Positions 40,544 through 50,516 of a stretch of 64,000 nt of DNA are shown here, piece after piece (the stretch's first letter is position 1; every line of letters begins with the position of its first letter). Position numbers and translations under genes: made by a program. This stretch comes from a virus. The notes under the pieces were generated by a model. The model worked only from the letters and a program-made list of their open reading frames with translations. It was not told where the DNA came from and ran no database searches. Location: IMG/VR virus record IMGVR_UViG_3300042291_000666, positions 1-64,000 of that record. One strand, written 5' to 3'.

Positions 40544-43438
40544 GATCTCTCATGATTAATAAGAGTGCTGTGTTATGATCTCCTTCATTAGAAAGAGCTT
40601 CATTTTTAAAAGCATACTTCTCATTCATATATTTACCAAAGTTTTGTATTTTGCCATCTGGTACGGCATCTAATGATTTTTTTAAACCTAACCAAGAATC
40701 TAATTCTATTTTAAGTAAAGGCATTGTGATTTTTGACATAATTAAGAGAGTTCTAAAGTTAATTGATTTACGCTTGGTTGTTCTACAACTGATTTATTAA
40801 AATAAGGGATGTCCATTTTGTTTATTTTGGTTAATTCCAATGGACTAATATCCTGATCATATTCTGTAAGCTCCATACTTGTATTGTGATAATACAATTT
40901 AACTTTAAGATATTTATAAAAAGGATTGTATTCTCTAGAGGATGACCATGATCCATCACTAACTACATAACCAAATATGTTACCTTCTCCATCACATAAA
41001 CCCATATCACATAATATGTCTGTCTCATAATGCTTTGATGCATGGTAACTTATAGGTTTCACTTTAAAGTGATCTCCAATAGCTAATGTTTCATATTGTT
41101 GTTCAGTCAAAATCATATGAATGATAGTTTCTACTGAATGTTCTGGTAAATCTTTTAATAGTATATGGCTAATGCAGTCTTTGTTTGCAGAATTTCTAAT
41201 ACTGTCTGAGTTAATAAGGCCAATAAATATTTTATTGAGCAGGTTTTTTGATATGCTATATGTATCCATGATTAATTTTTAAGATGAATAAAGCAACCCA
41301 ACATACAAAACAAGGTATGAACAGAAAAATATGCTGAGTCACTATTATTCAATGGTTTTACAAGGCCTAACTACTAGTATAATAATATATAATATTACTG
41401 GTACTGTTAGTGTGTCACCTGTGATAGTTTTTAAAATTTGTTTTCTGGTTTAAAGTGATTACCTTTTGGTTTTTCTTTAGAGAATAACCCTTTGTAATTG
41501 AACTCAATACCAATGCAACCAATTAATATTTGGATGTTACTTGTGTTTTCATACGCCACAAAGAAACCAAATGCGGTTACTATACTAACATGGAACCTAC
41601 TTAAAATTGTAGTCTTACTCATATGATAGGAGTAAAACAAAGCATTGTACAATACAAATAGCAAAGCAATATGCCATAGTATTAAATAGCTTATGTCTAA
41701 ACTGAATAGTTCTTGTATGTTATATACATAAAAGAATACGGCTGTTACTGGTGCAGCAACAACAACTAAGAATTTGATTATTTTTTTGAATGTTTTCATG
41801 ATTAAATTTTTTAAAGGATTTTTGATTAAAACCTACCGTAATGTAGATTACGATAGGATTAGATTAGTTAAAGTCAGAGTAATACTCCATGTAGTCTTCA
41901 GCTTCTGTATCATGATGGATTTCTACCAGATTATTATCTTCTGCTAGTTCTCTTAGATGATCATCAGCAAGGATAGCATCTTCAATTTGTTCAATTGACG
42001 GTGTTTCTACTTGATTACGATCTAGTTTGAGATGCTTGTGACCAGTAAAGAAATTCACTTGAGGTGAGTTCTCTTCTGTGTAAAGCATGATTCCAATTTG
42101 TGATTTGTACTGTGTGAATACTTCAGGTTTTAAAATGATTGCGTTCATATTATTTTTTATTAAGGATTTGTTGATCTGAATCTTGATAAGGGTCTGGTAA
42201 ATATAACTTGTCTTGATACCATATACAAAAAGGTTTTCCTAATGTATCAGTAACAACTCTGCAAGTATCTATTCTTACGATGTGATTGTATTCAGGTTGA
42301 CTGACTACAGTTCTGTGATATTGTCCTTTGACCATATCTACAATGATATAGACAAAGAACAATACTACAGCTATTCCGGCTAAGTTAATCCTCATATTCA
42401 TATTTTTCAGCTAGATCACAACCTACTATAGCAGCAGGTATCCATCCAAAGATCAACATAAACATAAGTGTACCACCATTGGTAGCACAAGTTTTGAAAT
42501 CTGTTACACTAGATAACAGGTAAGCAATTGAGGCTATTAAAAGCCATGTGATTAGGAATGTTGCAATAACTGCAAGCATAATTTTTGTTGTTTTCATACT
42601 GTTTTGATTAAATGATTAATAATGTCTATAATATCTGTTAGCTTTTTTCATTTGTTTTTGATTAAACTTCTGAGCTTTTTGGTAATTACACCCTTTGGAT
42701 GTACCACAAGATGTAAATGATGCTCCAAGAGCAAGAGTAATAATTAAAGCAATTGTTTTCATAACTAATTTTGTTTGGTAAATAAAAAAATGCAGGCTTT
42801 GCACCTGCTTGGGAGCATCTAACCCTCCAGTCTTTGTTTTTACATCTTTCAATGTACCTGTATGTTTGTAGTTAACATATCCCTGCATTGTTTCATCACC
42901 ACTTATGCTATGGTATTATAAGAAGAGATACTAACGTATTCTTCTTAATGAGTCTGGCTTAGATCTGTATGAACTACATGATCTGGTAGCACAACTTTCT
43001 AAGACAACAGTAACTAATAGCAATGCTATGATTGCAATAACTTTTTTGTTCATGGTTTTAGTATTTAAGATTAATTAAAAAGGGCCCAATTAAGAGCCCA
43101 TTATTTTAACAAGTGGTTATTTCTTCTGGATCATTGGTCCAGGCATATCTTTCATTCAGTTTGTTAAGTTGGATATCTTTTAAAGATTTACCCACTGTTC
43201 TAAAGACTACAAAATCTATTTCCCAATTCATACCAGTGTAACTGATTTCTATTAAGGATTGAACTTTGTTGTTTCTGTAACTATGAACGGGTTGTACTCT
43301 AATATCTTTACTTATCATATGTAAAGGAGCTAATACACTTTCATTATAATCTGAGTGACTTACTCTGATCTTAAAAGTGTTGACAGGTGTACCGTTTACT
43401 AATACGGTTTGCATTCCAAATAAATTGATTGATTTCAT
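40524..43438 (-). other. cluster of small early ORFs, several membrane or lipoprotein-like
   Basis: ORF track; TM segments in 41431-41799, 42150-42401, 42385-42597; lipobox-like FTSC in 42616-42888. Confidence 0.6.
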
Positions 43439-43728
43439 ACTTTCTGTTTAATTAATGATTATTGATTTTTACAAGATTCCGGATGATAATGCTCTTATCC
43501 TATAGAGAGAGATAACAATTCTATAAGGGAAGAAGACTACCATGTGTAACTACTACTAATACTTTTGTTAGCTATATATATAATAGAAGGTGTAAGTATA
43601 ATTATGAGTGTGATTAAGGTATGTATTTGGCAATATAAGATCACCCATATACATTGTAACACACAAATGAATACAAAATTCTTTTAAATAAATAGCAAAA
43701 GGGAAGATTAGTAACCTTCCCTCTCCAA

Positions 43729-44058
43729 TTAGATTGCTTCCACCCAATAGAGTGTAGTTTCTTCCCCTGTTACAAGGTCAACTACTCTATTATCAGATAA
43801 TTTAAAGCCTGGCATCTCATCTCCTGCGTTCAACTTTTTCTGAAGTTGTGCAATTGTAGGATGATTGGCTTTCATTACTGAGTTAGTCTCAGGATCAATA
43901 AGGCTCAATACACCAAATGTAATATTACTTTGGGTTCTTGTTCCAACACTGATGCCGGCTAACGTACCTATCTTAGATTGGATAGGTGCAGATGTAACAA
44001 TAATGGTAGCAGTTCCCGTGCTATCATTCACTCTCAATTTTCTAAAAAATACTGACAT
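43729..44058 (-). CDS. early protein, paralogue copy 2 (109 aa)
   Basis: Start re-placed at MSVFFRKLRVND by alignment with 44289-44618; same length. Confidence 0.85.
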   Translation of the reverse strand: MSVFFRKLRVNDSTGTATIIVTSAPIQSKIGTLAGISVGTRTQSNITFGVLSLIDPETNSVMKANHPTIAQLQKKLNAGDEMPGFKLSDNRVVDLVTGEETTLYWVEAI

Positions 44059-44253
44059 AACTAATTTAATTAATTGTTTTATTGCAATAGTGCAACAATT
44101 AGCTGGGGAGCAGAGAGAGGCTGCGCGGAGCGCAGCAGCAGGAGAGCAGAAAGGTATGCGTAATGGCTGTTGGGCAGAAAGATTAATAACAGTAAGAAAG
44201 TATGCGTTGTGGCTCTTAAGTAAAAAAAGGGTCAATAGTAACCCTTTAAAAGA

Positions 44254-44279
44254 AGAGGAGTGCTTTTACACACTCCTCT
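44254..44279 (-). terminator. intrinsic terminator after paralogue copy 1
   Basis: AGAGGAGTG...CACTCCTCT stem followed by TCTTTT on the minus strand. Confidence 0.65.
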
Positions 44280-44288
44280 GTTCTGATG

Positions 44289-44618
44289 TTACACAGCCTC
44301 AATCCACATTAGTGTTGTTAGCTCACCAGTTTGAATATCAACCACAGGGTTGCTACTCATTTGGAATCCTGGCATTTCATCTCCAGCATTTAGTTTCTTT
44401 TGCAAAGCTGCAATTGTTGGGTGATTAGCCTTCATCACCTGATTGGTTTCAGGGTCAATAAGACTTAGCACTCCAAATACTACACTACCTTGTGTACGTG
44501 TTCCCACGTTCAGTCCTGCAAGTGTAGTTTGCTTGCTTGTGATTGGTTTGTCTGTAGCAATGATAGTTGCTGTTCCAGTAGACTCATTTACTCTTAATTT
44601 TCTGAAGAAAACACTCAT
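44289..44618 (-). CDS. early protein, paralogue copy 1 (109 aa)
   Basis: First gene of the leftward block; highly similar to 43729-44058. Confidence 0.85.
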   Translation of the reverse strand: MSVFFRKLRVNESTGTATIIATDKPITSKQTTLAGLNVGTRTQGSVVFGVLSLIDPETNQVMKANHPTIAALQKKLNAGDEMPGFQMSSNPVVDIQTGELTTLMWIEAV

Positions 44619-44805
44619 AATATTATATTTTATTTATTTAGGTACCACAGACGCGGGGGTACCCTCACCGCAAAAATTAGCTGGGGATCAGTTTGGTAGT
44701 AGGTACTCACATTGCAATACACACTATTTTTTTTGGGGACAAAAAATTTTTTTGAGTTACCGTGATTAGGTTGTGTCAAAATTATTTTACCTTTACAAAA
44801 GGATT

Positions 44806-44815
44806 TTGTATATTA
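44806..44815 (+). promoter_or_regulatory. candidate late-promoter motif TTGTATATTA
   Basis: Same or similar motif upstream of plus-strand genes at 2165, 2951, 56366, 62169, 63788. Confidence 0.55.
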
Positions 44816-44847
44816 ATGATATAAACATAACTCAAATAAAAAAACTA

Positions 44848-45519
44848 ATGAATAGTACATTGCAAGATATAATGGGAATGATTGCCAAGCGTAAAGTCAA
44901 AGTCCCAACAGATAAAGACTACATAGTGTCAGCAGCATATAGTGATACTCAAGAGGTACTGAAGCCTCAGCCAAAAATGGAAGCCAGCTTAATTAATATT
45001 GGTGCATTAAAGAAATACCTTATATCAAGTATAGCTAAAACTTCATTAGGTGGTTGGGCAAGATATGATGATACTGAATATACTCAGGCAGCTCCTTTTA
45101 ATATAGTGCACAATGCTGCAGCTGTAGTAATACCAAATAATGCAGGGTTTAAGATTGAAACGCAATTGAACTCAACCAGTAGTTTTTATGATGGAGCTAC
45201 ACAAAGAATTACTCCAAATAAATTAAATGACGCGTATAGTATGGTTGTAACGTTTAAAGCTAAAACAACTAATGCTTCACAAAATCACATGGATATAATC
45301 ATGAGTTCGGCAGGTCCTACTCCATATGATAGGTTAGCTAAAACTATGATCTTTACTAAAACGGCTACTTGGGAAAACTTTAATGAGACGTTTTTATTTT
45401 ATGCTGATAGTGATTTTGTTGCTAATGGTAATCAATGGAAGATATCTGCAACAGGTAACACTGATGTTCAAATTGCAGATGTAATTTATTATATTCAAAA
45501 AACTTATACAGGCAGTTAA
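44848..45519 (+). CDS. putative virion fibre/decoration protein
   Basis: ATG start MNSTLQDIMGM; beta-sandwich-like C-terminal domain beginning GWARYDDTEY. Confidence 0.65.
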   Translation: MNSTLQDIMGMIAKRKVKVPTDKDYIVSAAYSDTQEVLKPQPKMEASLINIGALKKYLISSIAKTSLGGWARYDDTEYTQAAPFNIVHNAAAVVIPNNAGFKIETQLNSTSSFYDGATQRITPNKLNDAYSMVVTFKAKTTNASQNHMDIIMSSAGPTPYDRLAKTMIFTKTATWENFNETFLFYADSDFVANGNQWKISATGNTDVQIADVIYYIQKTYTGS

Positions 45520-45520
45520 T

Positions 45521-45805
45521 ATGGCAACTAAAAAAGATTCTAGATTAGCAAGTGCTGGAGTTGCTGGTTACAATAAACCAAAACGTACTCCGTCACATCC
45601 AACTAAGTCACACGTAGTTGTGGCCAAAGAAGGAGATACAGTAAAGACCATTAGATTTGGTCAACAAGGCGTAAGTGGTGCCGGGGCAAATCCTAGTACA
45701 CCAAAAGAAAAGGCTAGACAAAAATCATTTAAGGCTAGACACGCATCAAATATTAGTAAAGGTAAAATGAGCGCGGCATACTGGGCTGATAAAGTTAAGT
45801 GGTAA
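45521..45805 (+). CDS. small basic phage protein (DUF6321-like)
   Basis: KTIRFGQQG...SFKARH...SAAYWADKVKW. Confidence 0.75.
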   Translation: MATKKDSRLASAGVAGYNKPKRTPSHPTKSHVVVAKEGDTVKTIRFGQQGVSGAGANPSTPKEKARQKSFKARHASNISKGKMSAAYWADKVKW

Positions 45806-45984
45806 TGGCAAAAGCAAAATCTAAAGTTAACGCTGCTGGTAACTACACCAAACCGGGAATGCGTAAAACTCTCTTTAATAAGATTAAAGCGGGTACAAAG
45901 GGTGGTGATCCTGGAGAGTGGTCTGCACGTAAAGCACAACTACTTGCTGTTCAATATAAAAAAGCAGGAGGAGGCTATAAGTAA
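45805..45984 (+). CDS. small basic protein (DUF5872 N-terminal-like)
   Basis: NYTKPGMRK...KGGDPGEWSARKAQLLA.QYKKAGGGY. Confidence 0.7.
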   Translation: MAKAKSKVNAAGNYTKPGMRKTLFNKIKAGTKGGDPGEWSARKAQLLAVQYKKAGGGYK

Positions 45985-46220
45985 TGGCACTAGCAAAATC
46001 ACAAGAGTCTTTAAAGAAATGGACCAAAGAGAAATGGAAGACCTCAGACGGAAAACCGTCTAAAGGTAAGAAAAGGTATTTGCCCTCTGCAGCATGGGAT
46101 GCTTTAAGTCCTTCTGAGAAAGCAGCTACTAATAAAGCTAAAGCTGAAGGCAATGCCAAAGGAAAGCAATTTGTTAAACAACCTAAATCCGTAGCTAAGA
46201 AAGCTGCAAAATATAGATAA
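45984..46220 (+). CDS. small basic protein (DUF5872 C-terminal-like)
   Basis: SQESLKKWTKEKW.T.DG...RYLP.AAW..LS..EKAATNKAK...GKQFV. Confidence 0.7.
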   Translation: MALAKSQESLKKWTKEKWKTSDGKPSKGKKRYLPSAAWDALSPSEKAATNKAKAEGNAKGKQFVKQPKSVAKKAAKYR

Positions 46221-46237
46221 CTTTAAAAATTAAAATT

Positions 46238-46411
46238 ATGAAAACTGTAAAAAAAATGTCAAAAGGTGGTGCAATGAAAGACGTACCTGCTAGTAAAAAA
46301 GGATTAGCTAAACTTCCTACAGAAGTAAGAAACAAAATGGGATATAAGAAAAATGGTGGTGCTGTTCCTAAAATGAAAATGGGTGGGGCTATGAAAGGTA
46401 AAAAGTGCTAA
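46238..46411 (+). CDS. small basic peptide with xxGG repeats (57 aa)
   Basis: Manual translation MKTVKKMSKGGAMKDVPASKKGLAKLPTEVRNKMGYKKNGGAVPKMKMGGAMKGKKC. Confidence 0.7.
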   Translation: MKTVKKMSKGGAMKDVPASKKGLAKLPTEVRNKMGYKKNGGAVPKMKMGGAMKGKKC

Positions 46412-46413
46412 TC

Positions 46414-46521
46414 ATGAAGAAGACAGACAAAAAAAAGGTAGTTATTCCCAAAGGATATCATAAGATGCCAGATGGTAAGATTATGAAAGATAGTGCCCAC
46501 AAGAAGACTAAAAAGAAGTAA
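46414..46521 (+). CDS. small basic peptide (35 aa)
   Basis: Manual translation MKKTDKKKVVIPKGYHKMPDGKIMKDSAHKKTKKK. Confidence 0.6.
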   Translation: MKKTDKKKVVIPKGYHKMPDGKIMKDSAHKKTKKK

Positions 46522-46552
46522 TATCAATTTTCCTATTGAAGGATTATGATTA

Positions 46553-46810
46553 ATGTGTATGAGAGAAATTGATTTAATTAAACTAGGGTTTCAACGTTTT
46601 GATGAAAGCCCTGAATCCAGCGGAAGCCCACAACCTTGGTACTATTATGCTAAGGATGTTGGAAAGGTTGGCTTCTTATCCTGCGATAGTGATTCAGATG
46701 AAGCTAAAGCTGGTAAGTGGAGTGTTGATGTTTTAGACGGAGATATTGTTTTTACAAAAGCGTCAGAACTGAAAACCGTAATTGCTTTATTAGAAAAAAA
46801 TAAAATCTAA
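46553..46810 (+). CDS. hypothetical protein
   Basis: ORF track. Confidence 0.6.
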   Translation: MCMREIDLIKLGFQRFDESPESSGSPQPWYYYAKDVGKVGFLSCDSDSDEAKAGKWSVDVLDGDIVFTKASELKTVIALLEKNKI

Positions 46811-46891
46811 AAAATAAGTCCATTAAACTTTTTTTATTTAAACTATTATTATATATTTGTAATATATTGTTTAACTTAAAAAATAACAAAA

Positions 46892-47200
46892 ATGGCAAAT
46901 GCAAAAACCAACAATCCTTTAGATGAAAAGGAACCAATCCTTACTAAAGAAGAATTGAATGCACGTAGAGAAGAAATCAGTGCATTCTACAAAGACAATA
47001 TTCCACATTTAGAAGTACAAGCAGAGTATGAGATGCTTTTGGCTACTATTGAGAAATCAAGAGCTGAAAGATTGCAGGCTCAAATGTATATGGCACAAGC
47101 CTATGCTTCTCAAAAAGAAGGTGGACAAGTACCTGTTGATTCAGAAGAAGCAAAAGCTTTTAAAGAAGCAATGGAAAATGCTGCATCTCAAATTGACTAA
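46892..47200 (+). CDS. hypothetical helical protein
   Basis: ORF preceded by TATATTTG at about 46852. Confidence 0.7.
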   Translation: MANAKTNNPLDEKEPILTKEELNARREEISAFYKDNIPHLEVQAEYEMLLATIEKSRAERLQAQMYMAQAYASQKEGGQVPVDSEEAKAFKEAMENAASQID

Positions 47201-47203
47201 ACA

Positions 47204-48127
47204 ATGAAGATGCTAAAAAGGGGGGATTCTGGACCAGATGTCCAGACCCTCCAATCCAAACTCTTATTAAAGCAGGATGCACAGTTTGGACCCGCAACAG
47301 AAAAAGCTGTAATCAGATTCCAACTATCTAATAATCTGCCAGTTACAGGAATAGTAGACTCAGATATGTGGACATTGTTATTTAACAAAGTACCTACATT
47401 ACAAGAAGCTATTGATGAAGACTCGGATGTATCTCAACAGTTATTTAAAACTAATTTTGATCAGACAATTCATAAGTATTATTTATCTCCAAAAGAATAT
47501 ATCAAAGGACCAATTAAAAATGAATATATATTCTTACATCACACTGCAGGAAATAACAATCCTTTTGCTTGTGTTGATATGTGGAATAAAGATGACAGAG
47601 GAGCCATTGGAACTGAATTTGTTTTAGGTGGTAAAAACTGCCACAATGGAGATGCTAAATATGATGGTAGAATGGTTCAAGCTTTTCCAACAGGAAATCA
47701 AGGTTGGCATTTAGGTTTAACTAAATCAGGTTGGATGAATAGACACTCTGTAGGTTTAGAAATCTGCTGTATGGGTCAACTTACTAAAGATTATAAAACC
47801 TATGTAGGAACCAAGGCTCATCCAGATGAAGTAACAACTTTAAAGGAAGTATTCAGAGGATTTTTAAATTGGCATTCTTATTCAGAGAAGCAAATTAAAG
47901 AAACTGAAAAGTGGATTAAGTATGTTGCTGAAAGAGACAGTATTGATGTAAGATTAGGATTGAAACAATTAATACAAAAGTACGGTGCAACTAAAGCATT
48001 TGAATATAATGAAGATGCAGCTACTGGAAAAATTAAAGGATTACTAACCCATACCAATGTAAGAAAGGATAAGTTTGATTGTTATCCACATCCTGACTTA
48101 GTTGATATGATAATGAGTTTAAAATAA
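47204..48127 (+). CDS. endolysin: peptidoglycan-binding domain plus N-acetylmuramoyl-L-alanine amidase
   Basis: LKRGDSGPDVQTLQ..FGPATEKAVIRFQ..L.VTGIVD; LHHTAG, GWHLG, SVGLEIC, TH..RKDK.DC.P. Confidence 0.92.
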   Translation: MKMLKRGDSGPDVQTLQSKLLLKQDAQFGPATEKAVIRFQLSNNLPVTGIVDSDMWTLLFNKVPTLQEAIDEDSDVSQQLFKTNFDQTIHKYYLSPKEYIKGPIKNEYIFLHHTAGNNNPFACVDMWNKDDRGAIGTEFVLGGKNCHNGDAKYDGRMVQAFPTGNQGWHLGLTKSGWMNRHSVGLEICCMGQLTKDYKTYVGTKAHPDEVTTLKEVFRGFLNWHSYSEKQIKETEKWIKYVAERDSIDVRLGLKQLIQKYGATKAFEYNEDAATGKIKGLLTHTNVRKDKFDCYPHPDLVDMIMSLK

Positions 48128-48498
48128 TGGCTATAGTAAACAAAGTAGATTTAAAATTACAAGTAGATATTAATGAAACCATTAAGTATCAGATACTTAC
48201 ATATTGTTTTTTTGAAAATATTTTAATTAGTAATTCAGATCTTAAATGTTTAATGGAATTATCCAAGCAACCAAAGGTTGAATTAACTAAGTTTTGTATA
48301 TTCTTAACTGAACAAGAAATATTTAAAAGTCCACAATCAGCTAGAAATGCTTTAGCAAAAGCAGAAAAGAAAAAGTTAATAGTTAAAAATGGTGTAAATA
48401 AAAAAACTATTTCAATCAATAAAACTATTAATGTTCAAATAGATGGTTTGGTATTGTTAGACTATAAGATACTAGGCCGTGAATCCAAAGAAGCATAA
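48127..48498 (+). CDS. hypothetical, winged-helix-like protein
   Basis: ORF coupled to the endolysin; SPQSARNALAKAEKKKLIVK. Confidence 0.6.
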   Translation: MAIVNKVDLKLQVDINETIKYQILTYCFFENILISNSDLKCLMELSKQPKVELTKFCIFLTEQEIFKSPQSARNALAKAEKKKLIVKNGVNKKTISINKTINVQIDGLVLLDYKILGRESKEA

Positions 48499-48832
48499 GG
48501 ACTTTAAAGAGGGTATAGCTGAAGAAGTTGGCGTACACCCACAAGTAGTGGATGATTTTATATCTTTTTATTATGGTAAGCTAAGGAAAAAATTATCTGC
48601 ATTAGAATATCCTAGGATAAACGTGGATGGATTGGGTACTTTTTATTTAAGAAAGACTAAATTAGAAAACTCAATTAAAAAGAATAAAAGCATGTTGGGT
48701 AATTTGACTAAAAGAACGTACAATGGTTATGCTCAAAGTGAAAATATTCAAAGTAATATTGAACAAATGTCTAAGGCGTTAGATCAAATGGAAGCTGACA
48801 TACTTAGAAAGAAAGACTTTAAAGCAAAATAA
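48479..48832 (+). CDS. HU/IHF-like DNA-binding protein
   Basis: IAEEVGV...VDDFI...INVDGLGTFYLR. Confidence 0.7.
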   Translation: MNPKKHKDFKEGIAEEVGVHPQVVDDFISFYYGKLRKKLSALEYPRINVDGLGTFYLRKTKLENSIKKNKSMLGNLTKRTYNGYAQSENIQSNIEQMSKALDQMEADILRKKDFKAK

Positions 48833-48842
48833 ATTTTACAAT

Positions 48843-49163
48843 ATGGAAGGAAAATGGAAAAAGTATTTAGCAGTATTTAAAAATGCTGACCAAATAGTAG
48901 AGGGCATTAAAAATAACATATTTAAAAAAGAACATATTGAGGCTGTTGCTACAGATAGATTTCAAATATGTGTTAATTGTTCTTTATTTGATGCTACTGG
49001 AGAACATTGTTTAGCTCCAGGTACACAACCTTGTTGTTCAGATTGCGGATGCAGTCTTGCATTTAAGGTAAGATCATTATCAACATCCTGCCCTAAAGGC
49101 TTTTGGGATTCATTAATGACTGAGGAATTAGAAGAGAAAGTAAATCAACAAATTAAAAATTAA
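48843..49163 (+). CDS. Cys-rich hypothetical protein
   Basis: R..IC..C...C..CGC.L..K.R...SCP..W. Confidence 0.75.
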   Translation: MEGKWKKYLAVFKNADQIVEGIKNNIFKKEHIEAVATDRFQICVNCSLFDATGEHCLAPGTQPCCSDCGCSLAFKVRSLSTSCPKGFWDSLMTEELEEKVNQQIKN

Positions 49164-49167
49164 CATT

Positions 49168-49431
49168 ATGACAGTATCACAAATAGTAAGAGATCTTTTA
49201 GAACATAATATGATTACTATGGAAGCAGCAACAGTTCTATTAAATGCAGAAATTAAAGCTGATATGTTGGATAAGAGAAATACTAATCAAGTATTTCAAC
49301 CTTACCATGGAGTACCAAATGGAAGTACAACAAATCCTTATTATGTTTCTACAACCACTAATGATCCTATACTTGGAACTAGTACTTCAGGATTAAGTGC
49401 TGGAGCAAATGAACTTTTAAAAGTAAAGTAA
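49168..49431 (+). CDS. hypothetical protein
   Basis: ORF track. Confidence 0.6.
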   Translation: MTVSQIVRDLLEHNMITMEAATVLLNAEIKADMLDKRNTNQVFQPYHGVPNGSTTNPYYVSTTTNDPILGTSTSGLSAGANELLKVK

Positions 49432-50243
49432 TGGCTATTATATTTAAAGAAGATGGACATACTTATGAAAGTATAGAAGAAGATAACATTGAATGGATAA
49501 GTGTTACTTCACTGGTTGGTAAGTTCAAACCTAAGTTTGATAAAGAAGGGCAAGCTAAAAAATCTGCAAAGAATAAAAATTCTAAGTGGTATGGCATGAC
49601 TGTAGAACAAATACTACAGGCTTGGGATAATGAAACAGAAAGAGCTATTAATCTTGGTAACTTCTATCACAATCAAAGAGAATCTGACATGCTTGATTTT
49701 AAAACCATTGAGCGTAATGGAACTGAAGTACCTATTATCAAACCACTTGTGAATGATGAGGGTATAAAATTAGCACCTGAACAAAAGTTATCTGATGGTG
49801 TTTATCCTGAGCATTTAGTTTATTTAAAGTCTGTTGGTCTTTGTGGCCAAGCTGACGTAGTAGAAATTGTAGATGGTTATATTAACATCAATGATTACAA
49901 GACTAATAAGGAGATTAAAGAAAAAGGATATACCAATTGGGAAGGTATTACAAGTAAAATGTTTAAGCCAGTCAATCATTTAGATGATTGCAATTTAAAC
50001 CATTATTCATTACAGCTCAGTATTTATGCGTATATTATTAAGAAGCACAACCCTTCTTTGAAGATTGGTAAACTTACAATTCAACATGTTAAGTTTAAAC
50101 AGATTGGTGAAGATGAAAATGGTTATCCAATAAATGAACATTATAACGGTGAGCCTATCTTAGATGAAATAAAAATGTATGAAGTCCCATATTTAAAGGA
50201 TGAAGTTAATTCATTAATAATGTGGTTAAAAGATAACAAATAA
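49431..50243 (+). CDS. PD-(D/E)XK nuclease
   Basis: SVTSL, G...H, E..V....GQAD....I.DYKT, Y.LQL..Y. Confidence 0.88.
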   Translation: MAIIFKEDGHTYESIEEDNIEWISVTSLVGKFKPKFDKEGQAKKSAKNKNSKWYGMTVEQILQAWDNETERAINLGNFYHNQRESDMLDFKTIERNGTEVPIIKPLVNDEGIKLAPEQKLSDGVYPEHLVYLKSVGLCGQADVVEIVDGYININDYKTNKEIKEKGYTNWEGITSKMFKPVNHLDDCNLNHYSLQLSIYAYIIKKHNPSLKIGKLTIQHVKFKQIGEDENGYPINEHYNGEPILDEIKMYEVPYLKDEVNSLIMWLKDNK

Positions 50244-50247
50244 AATT

Positions 50248-50514
50248 ATGGCAAGTATAACAATTACGCAAGTACAATTACAAACGGGATATACATCAGG
50301 AGTTCCAACATCTCAATATTGGAGACCAACTACTGAAATAGAAATGAGTATTAATCCAGATAATATTATTGGAGTTGGTCATGTCTATGATATTTTTAAT
50401 AATTCCTATATAGCAGGTATAATACAGGTATATATATTTGGTGTTTTAACACCCATTTATAGTTCAGATTCCTATGAATCAATAGTTGCATATATGAATC
50501 CAACTTTAACTTAA
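50248..50514 (+). CDS. hypothetical protein
   Basis: ORF track. Confidence 0.6.
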   Translation: MASITITQVQLQTGYTSGVPTSQYWRPTTEIEMSINPDNIIGVGHVYDIFNNSYIAGIIQVYIFGVLTPIYSSDSYESIVAYMNPTLT

Positions 50515-50516
50515 TT

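Noticed and set aside
44059-44235. N-terminal extension of the 43729-44235 ORF
   Set aside because: The paralogue alignment fixes the start at 44058; the extension crosses the regulatory hairpin.
49431-50243. CRISPR-associated Cas4
   Set aside because: Lacks the Fe-S cysteine cluster and any CRISPR context; a generic phage PD-(D/E)XK nuclease.
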